Of a stretch of DNA of 64,000 nt, positions 55,732 to 63,015 are shown in pieces. Source of the stretch: an uncultured Candidatus Peribacteria bacterium (GTDB lineage Bacteria; Patescibacteriota; Gracilibacteria; Peribacterales; Peribacteraceae). The position numbers were made by a program, and so were the translations under genes. Location: NCBI GenBank assembly GCA_964460365.1, contig CAYWPL010000008.1, positions 7,835-71,834 of the forward strand, written 5' to 3'. Position 1 is the first letter of the stretch. Every line of letters starts with the position of its first letter. The notes under the pieces are model-generated. The model did no database searches. It was not told where the DNA came from and saw only the letters and a list, made by a program, of their open reading frames with translations.

Positions 55732-57030
55732 TCACAACCTGCTCAGTCTGTCCTTCGCACTCGCACTCGTCGGATCCAGTTCCACGGCCTTCGTCAGTGC
55801 GGAGCGTGCCTCGTCCGGACGGTCGGTCTCCTGCGCGGCCCAGCCGAGCAGTTCGTACGCCTTGGCCGAGTCGGCCCATTTTGCGACGGCCTTCTGGGCG
55901 AAAGTATAGGCGTCCTGCCTGCGATCGATGCCGATCGCGAGTGTCACGATCTTCTCGAACAGCGCGATGTCGGCGTCCGGTTCATCGAGCAGCAGCGCGT
56001 ACTGCTCGAACGCGCCCGTGGCGTCACCCGCTTCCAGCGAGGCCTCCGCCAGGCGGCGGCGGACTTCTTTCTGCGGCTGGAAGCCGTTCTGCAGCGAGTA
56101 GCGGAGGAACGTCACGGCGTTGCCGTAGTCCTTCATCACCGTATAGGCGCGTCCCAGGAAGTACTGGATCTCGGGTTTCTCGGGATCCAGGTTGTACGCG
56201 CGCTCGAAGGACGACAGCGCCTCCTGCGGGCGTTCGGTGGTGAGCTGGCAGTAGCCCTGCACGATCCACGCGTCGCGGTAGTCATCCTGCTCGCCGAGCA
56301 CGTCGATGAGCAGCGGCAGCGCGAGCTCGCACTCCTGCACCTGCGCGAGCGTGCGCGCCATGAGCGTCGTCAGGTGGATGGGTTTGCTTTCGGGGAACAC
56401 CGCGAACTCGTCGTATGCGGACTGGAGCATGCGGGCGTAGGCGCGCAACGTCGGATCCCAGCCGGTCATCACGGTTTGCAGCTCGGTTTTCGCCACTTCA
56501 TGGTCGCCGCGGACGATCGCGAGCAGCGCGAGGCCGTAGTGCTTCTGCGGCGAATCCACGGCGTTCTCCAGCAGCGTGCGGGCCTGCACCATCTCGCCCG
56601 TGCGCAGCTGCGCGATCACCTGGAGCAGCAGCAGGTCCTCGTCGCGCGCGCCCTGGTTCTTGAGTGCCTGGATCGTCGTCTTCACTCCGTCGAGGTCGCG
56701 GCGCTGCATCTGCGCCTGCGCCAGTTTGCGCAGCGCGGGAATGCCGCCGCCTTCACGCACCGATGCGTCGTACTCCGCCTGCGCGGCCGCCCACTCGCCC
56801 TGCAGCGCCAGCAGATCTCCCTGACGCAGATGGATCAGCACGCGGTCGTCGGTGTCCGTGACGTCATCGGGAATCGGCAGCGCCGGTCCCGACGTGTTCT
56901 GTCCCGAGGTGATGCGCTTCTGGATCGCCTCCGCCGAGGAGTTGAGTTGCGACCACAGCACAAACAGCAACGTCGCGGCCGTGGCCGTGGCCGCGACCAC
57001 CGGCACGGCGATGCGCAGGGGGAGCTTCAT
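55732..57030 (-). CDS. Membrane-anchored TPR-repeat protein
   Basis: ATG at 57030 (MKLPLRIAVPVVAATATAATLLFVLW). Multiple TPR units follow through to the C-terminus (e.g. AKAYELLGWAAQETDRPDEARSALTKAVELDP). Confidence 0.85.
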   Translation of the reverse strand: MKLPLRIAVPVVAATATAATLLFVLWSQLNSSAEAIQKRITSGQNTSGPALPIPDDVTDTDDRVLIHLRQGDLLALQGEWAAAQAEYDASVREGGGIPALRKLAQAQMQRRDLDGVKTTIQALKNQGARDEDLLLLQVIAQLRTGEMVQARTLLENAVDSPQKHYGLALLAIVRGDHEVAKTELQTVMTGWDPTLRAYARMLQSAYDEFAVFPESKPIHLTTLMARTLAQVQECELALPLLIDVLGEQDDYRDAWIVQGYCQLTTERPQEALSSFERAYNLDPEKPEIQYFLGRAYTVMKDYGNAVTFLRYSLQNGFQPQKEVRRRLAEASLEAGDATGAFEQYALLLDEPDADIALFEKIVTLAIGIDRRQDAYTFAQKAVAKWADSAKAYELLGWAAQETDRPDEARSALTKAVELDPTSASAKDRLSRL

Positions 57031-57178
57031 TGCACGGCAAAGACTACCAGCCGGACGGCGCACCGACGAGCGCGATTCGTCTGCTTTTGCGCGATCATAC
57101 GCCTTCGCAAGGCTACGGCGTACACAGAGGAGGAAGTATGTGGCTCCTCGGAGAAGGATCCTGTGATGAAAACGGGAA

Positions 57179-57787
57179 TCAGATCGCGGGGCTCATCTCG
57201 CCATCGTCGCCGTGGCGGGAACCGCCCACGGTCTGACGCGCGGCGGCGTCCGCGATGTTCTTGGGGATGACGGCCTCGACGGCGCCCCACTTGGCCTCGC
57301 CCTCCTGGGGCAGAAGGATCGTGACCTGGTCACCGACCTCCGCGCGATAGAACGTGACGGAGGCGAGGAGCACGCGGAAAGACTTGCCTTCGGCGAGCAC
57401 CTTGTACTGTCCGTCCTCCTGGATCAGGAGCCCGAGCGCCGTGCGGCGGGGGACCGGGGCGATCTGCTTGTAGATGAATTTGCCTTCGTCGGTGATGGTC
57501 AGCTTCATGCCATCGCCCTCCACCAGTTTGCTCTTGCTCGCGTAGTTGGCCGGGACGGGATACGTCTGGCCCTTGGCGTCCATCATGTTCTGTCCGTCGA
57601 ACGATCCCTCGATCACGCGGCCGCTCACGGCGCCGCCCGCCGAGATCGAGCTGGCGCGCTGCATGTGGCGCTCGCGTCCGCTGTCGGCGACTCCGGTCAT
57701 GTCGCGCAGCATCGCGTGCGCAGTTTTTAAAGAAGACATCGCACTGTCGATGAGTTCCTGAATCTGGACCAGCGAGTCGTCGGACAT
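57179..57787 (-). CDS. Hypothetical 202-aa protein (N-terminal helix plus two beta-rich segments)
   Basis: The composition is protein-like (VIEGSFDGQNMMDAKGQTYPVPANYASKSKLVEGDGMKLTITDEGKFIYKQI...). No family is recognised. Confidence 0.7.
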   Translation of the reverse strand: MSDDSLVQIQELIDSAMSSLKTAHAMLRDMTGVADSGRERHMQRASSISAGGAVSGRVIEGSFDGQNMMDAKGQTYPVPANYASKSKLVEGDGMKLTITDEGKFIYKQIAPVPRRTALGLLIQEDGQYKVLAEGKSFRVLLASVTFYRAEVGDQVTILLPQEGEAKWGAVEAVIPKNIADAAARQTVGGSRHGDDGEMSPAI

Positions 57788-57814
57788 AACGGGAAGGGGA
57801 GAGGAGTATATTCA

Positions 57815-58828
57815 TCAGAGGGGTCTCTCATCCACATCCAGTCGGGTCGATTCCAACCGTTTCTGCATGTCGATGTCTGTGAGGAGACCGGTCTGAGCAC
57901 CGATCGTACCAAGTACACTTGTCGCGTTTATCGTACCTGCACGGAGCATTATTGGCAAGTCCAGACCGCGGATCCGGGCCCACGTGGCGCCCGTTCCGAA
58001 GGCGTCTCCGGCCCCCGTCGTATCGAGGATTTCGGCCTCTTGTATGGCAGGGCAGGAATAGAGCGTCCGGCCATCGCTGGCCATGCAGCCGTTGGGGCCG
58101 TCCGACACGCAGACGATGCTGACGCCCGCTTTGAGCAGTGCCTCGATGGCGCGCTCGGGCGACTGCTTGTGGGTGAAGGTCAGCGCCTCCTCTTTATTGA
58201 GCAGGAGCAGATCGGTCTGCTTGAGCAACGCGACGTTGTCCTCGTGGTCCATGCCGCGCTTGAGGTGGCGGCCGCCCGGGTTCCACGTCATGCCCATCTT
58301 CGGATTGCCGCGGAGCATCAGGACGATGTCATCCTGGATCACGCGGCTGTCGTCGTGGATGTGGTTGAAGTACAGCCAGTCGTTTCCGGCCACCGTCTCG
58401 CGGTCGAACGTGACATCGTGCAGGTGCGCGTTCACGCCGTTGGCGTAGAGGATGACGCGCTCGCCGCACTCGACGTTCATGATGATCGAAAAGCCCGACG
58501 TCTCGTTCTCCACGATCGTCGCCGCGCTGCTGTCCACGCCCTCGCGGTCGAGATTCTGTAGGATGCGCTCGCCCCACTGGTCGCTGCCGACGATGCCCGA
58601 AAAGCCCGCCTCGCAGCCCAGCCGGCGCAAGCCGATGGCGGTGTTGGTCGCGCCGCCGCCGCAGGTTTCGATGACCTGTTCGATGCGGATCTTGGCTCCG
58701 AGCGGGAACGTGATCGCATCATTCTTCACGCAGGCGATGCCCGTGCCAGTGCGCACGAAAAGATCCACCGTCGCTCCGCCGATCGAGACGGTGCGGACGG
58801 CCGGCTGCGGGGAAGGGGAGGGTGTCAT
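57815..58828 (-). CDS. PfkB-family carbohydrate/nucleoside kinase
   Basis: 337 aa. GGGATNTAIGLRRLG (N-terminal GG motif) and the C-terminal signature DTTGAGDAFGTG. Confidence 0.9.
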   Translation of the reverse strand: MTPSPSPQPAVRTVSIGGATVDLFVRTGTGIACVKNDAITFPLGAKIRIEQVIETCGGGATNTAIGLRRLGCEAGFSGIVGSDQWGERILQNLDREGVDSSAATIVENETSGFSIIMNVECGERVILYANGVNAHLHDVTFDRETVAGNDWLYFNHIHDDSRVIQDDIVLMLRGNPKMGMTWNPGGRHLKRGMDHEDNVALLKQTDLLLLNKEEALTFTHKQSPERAIEALLKAGVSIVCVSDGPNGCMASDGRTLYSCPAIQEAEILDTTGAGDAFGTGATWARIRGLDLPIMLRAGTINATSVLGTIGAQTGLLTDIDMQKRLESTRLDVDERPL

Positions 58829-58846
58829 GCGTGCGGGGGGCGCCGA

Positions 58847-61258
58847 TCACCCATGGTAGCGCTGATGCATGTCCTGAAGAAACGCGGCGGTCTGCAATTT
58901 CATGCGACGGCGCTTCCACCAGAATCCGAAGATGACGAGGCTGGCGCCGATGCTGCCCCACAGAGCTGCGGGCGGCACGCCGCTGCCCGTCACGGACGGA
59001 GCGCCGGCGTGAAGGCCGTTGTCATTGGGGATTCCCGTGTTGGGCCGGAACGGCACCGGATCCTCGGCCGACGGGTGGAAGCCCGGGGCGCCGGGGACGG
59101 GGGTGCCTTCGGCGGTCACGGAGAGATCGAGCGCGGTCTCGCCGGTGGTCAGGACCGGCGTGAGGCGCATGTAGTAGGTGACGCCGTTCAGGAGATCGCG
59201 CAGGAAATAGAGGCGCAGGTCGCCGTTGAGCTGGCGACGCTCGATGTAGCGGCCGGGTTCCACGCCGTACTCCAGAAGGAAGGAGCCGACGGACTCTTCG
59301 GGGTAGATCCACTTGAGGACAAGCGCGCTGTCCTGGGGCGTGATCGTCAGCGCGAGACCCAGCGGGCTTGCCTTCACGACCGTCTTCTCGGAGCTTTCCA
59401 GCTCGCCCTTCTTCGCCGTCACGGCGAAGTAGTAGTCCACACCCGGCTTGAGGCCGAGGACGCTCGCGCCCTCCCGGGGCTTCCGTGTGTCGAGCGTGGT
59501 GGAGAAACTGTCTGCGCCGGTGCCGACGTAGACGAGGTACGAGGTGATCCCTTCCTCCGTCACCGGATCCCAGAGGAGATCGACGCCGTTGGTCTTGGGT
59601 TCGGCGCGCAGATTCTGCACGGCGGGGATGGCGCGCGGGGAGACATGGAGGATGCCGCGCACTTCGGTCTTGTTTCCCGCCTCGTCCACCGCCACCACGG
59701 CCGGCTGGTAATCGCCGGGGGCGGGCGCCAGGAGCGTCACGCGGTACGTGCCTTTCTCGGACGCGTCCTCACTCAGTGCGATGTCGCGGTCCTCCAGCGT
59801 CACATGGACGTCGGGCAGGCCGGACTCTGCCTGGACCGTCAGTTGCAGGTCTTGTCCCTCATACGGCTTTTCGGGGTCGAACGCGAACTTCAGCTCGGGG
59901 CCCGTGCCGTCGCGGACGAGGTGCAGGTTGCCGGAATCGAAGCGCAAGCTCGGATCGACGTTGTCGTCCTGGATGCGGATCGTGTATTCGTTGTAGCTGG
60001 CGTCCAGCTCGACCGGGATGGAGAAGCGTCCGTCCTCGTCAGTCTCGCCCGCGGTGTCCGACTTGCCGCCCGTGACGATGAGGTTGGCCAGCTTGGGGCC
60101 GATGCCTTCCAGCAGAATGTTCGTGCCCCTGATCGTCTGGTCGTTCTTGTGCGAGAGGATCTCGATACGGCGCGTCTCGTTGGTGCCGGAGTCGGCCGCG
60201 ACCGTGATCTCCACCTGGCCGCGGATGACGTTCGACGGATCGGTGTGGTCCTCCACGATCAGGAGCTGCTTGCCCGGCTTGGTGAAGCTGACGCTGAGCG
60301 GGAGCTGTTTCTTGCCGAGGTTCTTGTCCGTGAATTTGATCTGACCGAAGCCGGGGAGCGTCGCGTCCGGATCATTCGGCACGGCGATCATGGCGGTGTT
60401 CACGTAGTTCTCGACGGTGCGGTTGAATTCGTCCGTCACGCGCACGGTCACGCTGAGCACGTCCTTTACTTTTGCGGTCACGGGCGTGAGTGTCACCTCG
60501 AATCCTGTGGCGGGACCGAAGTCGCCGCTCGGCGCAGGCGCGCTGCCGTCGTCCTGTCCATCGTCCGTGACCTGGCCAACGAAAGGATTGCGCGGGACGC
60601 CGCCGATGCCGGAACCGTTGTAGGCGCTGATGCGGACGCTGGAGGCCAACGTCGTGCCACTGAGCAGGTCCATGGCGCGCAGGATCATGTCTCCTGCTTT
60701 GCGCGTGCGCACCGCGAAGGTCATGCGGCCGAACGCGTCCGTCTGACGGTCCGTCGGCGTGATGACGTCATCGATGCGGCTGGAGACAAGTTCCACAGGG
60801 CGGCCGGTGAGCGCGTTGCCGAATGCGTCGCGCAGCGTCACGGTGATGCGCGCCTGCGCCACACCGTCCGCGTCGATCGCGGTCGTGTCCGCGTTCATCG
60901 TCGAGGCGGTGGGACTGATGCGGTCGGGGAGCACTTCCATGGCGACCTGGCCCGCGAGCGGAACGCCGCGCGACACCACCACAAGGCCGTATGTGCCGGC
61001 CTCTTCCGTGAGCCCGGCGGGGATGGCGACCAGCGCGTTGCCGGTCGTGTCGGTGCGGGCGGGGATGGCGACGTCGTCTCCTGCGGGCGTCTGCAGATGC
61101 ACTTCCATCGTCATCGAACCGGCGAAACCGCTCAGCACGGCCTGTCCTTCCAGTCCCGCGATGATGTCATCCGCCTGAATGCGCCCGCCGGCCACCGCCT
61201 CCAGCGGAAGCAGGAGGGCCGTGAAGAGCATCAGGAAGCGAAGGAAGTTTGTTTTCAT
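58847..61258 (-). CDS. Large secreted surface protein with bacterial Ig-like (Big_1-type) and two fibronectin type III domains and a C-terminal membrane anchor
   Basis: Signal peptide MKTNFLRFLMLFTALLLPLEAVAGG. Ig-like segment ARITVTLRDAFGNALTGRPVELVSS. FN3-like segments (NLRAEPKTNGVDLLWDPV...YLVYVG...GVDYYFAVTA; ALVLKWIYPEE...YYMRLTPV). C-terminal helix LWGSIGASLVIFGFWWKRRR. Confidence 0.85.
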   Translation of the reverse strand: MKTNFLRFLMLFTALLLPLEAVAGGRIQADDIIAGLEGQAVLSGFAGSMTMEVHLQTPAGDDVAIPARTDTTGNALVAIPAGLTEEAGTYGLVVVSRGVPLAGQVAMEVLPDRISPTASTMNADTTAIDADGVAQARITVTLRDAFGNALTGRPVELVSSRIDDVITPTDRQTDAFGRMTFAVRTRKAGDMILRAMDLLSGTTLASSVRISAYNGSGIGGVPRNPFVGQVTDDGQDDGSAPAPSGDFGPATGFEVTLTPVTAKVKDVLSVTVRVTDEFNRTVENYVNTAMIAVPNDPDATLPGFGQIKFTDKNLGKKQLPLSVSFTKPGKQLLIVEDHTDPSNVIRGQVEITVAADSGTNETRRIEILSHKNDQTIRGTNILLEGIGPKLANLIVTGGKSDTAGETDEDGRFSIPVELDASYNEYTIRIQDDNVDPSLRFDSGNLHLVRDGTGPELKFAFDPEKPYEGQDLQLTVQAESGLPDVHVTLEDRDIALSEDASEKGTYRVTLLAPAPGDYQPAVVAVDEAGNKTEVRGILHVSPRAIPAVQNLRAEPKTNGVDLLWDPVTEEGITSYLVYVGTGADSFSTTLDTRKPREGASVLGLKPGVDYYFAVTAKKGELESSEKTVVKASPLGLALTITPQDSALVLKWIYPEESVGSFLLEYGVEPGRYIERRQLNGDLRLYFLRDLLNGVTYYMRLTPVLTTGETALDLSVTAEGTPVPGAPGFHPSAEDPVPFRPNTGIPNDNGLHAGAPSVTGSGVPPAALWGSIGASLVIFGFWWKRRRMKLQTAAFLQDMHQRYHG

Positions 61259-61268
61259 AGATCAGACT

Positions 61269-61297
61269 ATTGTACCAGTTTTTGGGGGGTCTCTCAA
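61269..61297 (-). promoter_or_regulatory. Candidate promoter TTGAGA-17-TACAAT, 10 nt before ATG 61258
   Basis: Minus strand: TTGAGA (61292-61297) and TACAAT (61269-61274). Confidence 0.45.
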
Positions 61298-61369
61298 TGG
61301 GTTAACCGCGTCTGGACGCCGCTTTCCCGATTTGTCCAGAACTTTTCCCTGCCCAGCTGGAAGCGGTTT

Positions 61370-61398
61370 TTGGCAGGGTCACCGCTTGCGTGTACCAT
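61370..61398 (+). promoter_or_regulatory. Candidate promoter TTGGCA-17-TACCAT, 7 nt before ATG 61406
   Basis: TTGGCA (61370-61375) and TACCAT (61393-61398). Confidence 0.45.
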
Positions 61399-61405
61399 TC
61401 CGCCC

Positions 61406-61981
61406 ATGAACAAACGCCTCCTCGCCCTTCTCGTCTTTCCGTTGATTCTCGCCGCCTGTGGCGGGGGAGGCGGGAGTTCCACCAGCGCCTGCAAGGAGCA
61501 GTTCTGGAACGGAACGGTGGGTATGTGTCTGCCGGCCGAGTGGAAAGTGGTCGACCGCGAGACGCTGACGCAGCGCGGTCTGCCGGATGAAGTGATCCTG
61601 GCGTTCCAGGCCGACAAGGCCGTTTCCGGCCAGTTCCCGACGGTCACCGTCACGCGCGAAACAGTCCACGACGGCGTCGATTCTCCCGCGTACAGCACCG
61701 CCAGCATCCGCTCTGTAGCCACACTTCCGGGCTATCGCCTGATCGACACCAAGAAGCTGAAGCTCGACGGACAGGATGTCGAATTGCACGTCTTCACGGC
61801 CCAGCCGCTCTCCGAAGAGCCCGAGCGCCGTTTCTACCAGATCAGCGCCGTCTCCAAGAATATCGGCTACACGTTCACCGCGCTCACGCCGCTGTCCGTC
61901 TCCACGACGCTCGAGAAAGAGGTTCTGGCGATGATGGAATCGGCGTCCTTCATCGATCCCAGCGCTTCAAGCAAGAAGTGA
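61406..61981 (+). CDS. Hypothetical lipoprotein (PsbP/DUF1795-like size and pattern)
   Basis: This is the last 191 aa of track ORF 58853-61981. MNKRLLALLVFPLILAACGGGGG is a lipobox, followed by a mixed alpha/beta domain. Confidence 0.8.
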   Translation: MNKRLLALLVFPLILAACGGGGGSSTSACKEQFWNGTVGMCLPAEWKVVDRETLTQRGLPDEVILAFQADKAVSGQFPTVTVTRETVHDGVDSPAYSTASIRSVATLPGYRLIDTKKLKLDGQDVELHVFTAQPLSEEPERRFYQISAVSKNIGYTFTALTPLSVSTTLEKEVLAMMESASFIDPSASSKK

Positions 61982-62048
61982 AACAGGGCCCGCAGACCTT
62001 TGCGCCAGCCAGCTTCTTCCCTATGCTGGGTCGCGCGTTCGTTCATTT

Positions 62049-62123
62049 GGTGCCGTAGCCAAGTAGTAAGGCAAGGGACTGCAAATCCCTCATGCGTGGG
62101 TGCGATCCCCACCGGCACCTCCA
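62049..62123 (+). tRNA. tRNA-Cys (GCA) with encoded CCA
   Basis: Hand-folded cloverleaf. Acceptor GGTGCCG/CGGCACC. D arm GCCA/AGGC. Anticodon arm AGGGA-CTGCAAA-TCCCT (anticodon GCA). Variable loop CATGC. T arm GTGGG-TGCGATC-CCCAC. Discriminator U73 (a Cys identity element), then CCA. Confidence 0.9.
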
Positions 62124-62278
62124 CGTAAAACTGCGTGCAGCGAAGCGAGCAGCTTATTTTGTGTGGAGCGTGGCCGCGCAGTGGCTTTATGCCCCTGAGC
62201 GCAGTCACGTGGCGTCGCCATTTGCCTCTGCAGGGGGTAGCCATAGGGGCAGCATCGAGACGGTCTATTTTCTAGTAT

Positions 62279-62307
62279 TTGCTAAAATGCTAAAAATGTT
62301 CTATAAT
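62279..62307 (+). promoter_or_regulatory. Near-consensus promoter TTGCTA-17-TATAAT
   Basis: TTGCTA (62279-62284), a 17-nt AT-rich spacer, TATAAT (62302-62307). The next credible ATG is at 62341. Confidence 0.5.
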
Positions 62308-62340
62308 ATGGAAAACGCACTTCATTCCCCCAAAGTCCGT

Positions 62341-62883
62341 ATGGCCAATCGTGATGTCAGTATCGGTATCTGCGGCGTGGTCGTCGGCGTCATTCTCGGC
62401 GCCGGTGTTCTCGCGTTCAGCGATGGCGCCGCCGTTCAGGCGACTGTCGCGCCCGTCGCATACCGCGTCCTTCCCAAAGGAGGCGTGATTCCGCGCCGTC
62501 AGGTGCACGGAACCATCCAGCCCGTAGACCGCTCGCGCGCACCGACGGTGAAAGACATCGTCGAGCCCGCCAAGGAGACGCCCGCCGTCACCGAAGAGAC
62601 GCCCTGCACGATCGCCGGCGATATCGTCAAAGAGGTCGCTGCAGCGAATGACAAGGTGCTTCCGGTGAACATCAAGAACACGGCTATCCGCCAGACACTC
62701 AAGGAGACGCTTGAGGGAATTCTCCTGAAGTACTGCAAGGACCAACATGCGGCCGCTGCGACGTCGTCTTCCAGCGCGTCCTCGGTCGAGCCGCGCGACA
62801 ACGAGTGCAACCGGTTCGTGGAGGGCACGTCCCGCTACAACCAGTGCAGAGTGAATGAGACGCAGGGCAAGAGCTATCCGTAA
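62341..62883 (+). CDS. Hypothetical 180-aa membrane-anchored protein
   Basis: The track ORF 62092-62883 is trimmed to ATG 62341, because earlier ATGs lie inside or upstream of the promoter. MANRDVSIGICGVVVGVILGAGVLAF is an anchor. The C-terminal part carries 4 Cys. Confidence 0.62.
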   Translation: MANRDVSIGICGVVVGVILGAGVLAFSDGAAVQATVAPVAYRVLPKGGVIPRRQVHGTIQPVDRSRAPTVKDIVEPAKETPAVTEETPCTIAGDIVKEVAAANDKVLPVNIKNTAIRQTLKETLEGILLKYCKDQHAAAATSSSSASSVEPRDNECNRFVEGTSRYNQCRVNETQGKSYP

Positions 62884-62907
62884 GCACTTTTCATGACTTT
62901 TTCTCGG

Positions 62908-62933
62908 GGGGCGCCGCACGGCGCCCCTTTGAT
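62908..62933 (+). terminator. Intrinsic terminator
   Basis: GGGGCGCC-gcac-GGCGCCCC (8-bp stem) followed by TTTGATT. Confidence 0.7.
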
Positions 62934-63015
62934 TAAGGCGCGTATCCCGCGCGTGGCGGGAAATTTTTCGAAGTTTGCTCTTCTGCTCAGGCTTTGTTAC
63001 ATTTCCGAAAATACC

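Noticed and set aside
58847-59020. A possible sortase sorting signal (APSVTGSG followed by a hydrophobic helix and KRRR) at the C-terminus of the surface protein.
   Set aside because: The motif is not LPxTG or a variant known to me. A further 18 residues follow the basic patch, which is atypical for sortase substrates. I treat it as a simple C-terminal membrane anchor.
58853-61405. Upstream 851 codons of the 1042-aa plus-strand ORF 58853-61981.
   Set aside because: It is antisense to the 803-aa surface-protein gene, which has a signal peptide and Ig/FN3 patterns. Only the last 191 aa (from ATG 61406, with a lipobox and its own promoter) look like a real protein.
62124-62340. tRNA-Cys 3' flank as an integration site for a genomic island.
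   Set aside because: I could find no integrase and no direct repeat of the tRNA 3' end downstream. The downstream genes are ordinary in composition.
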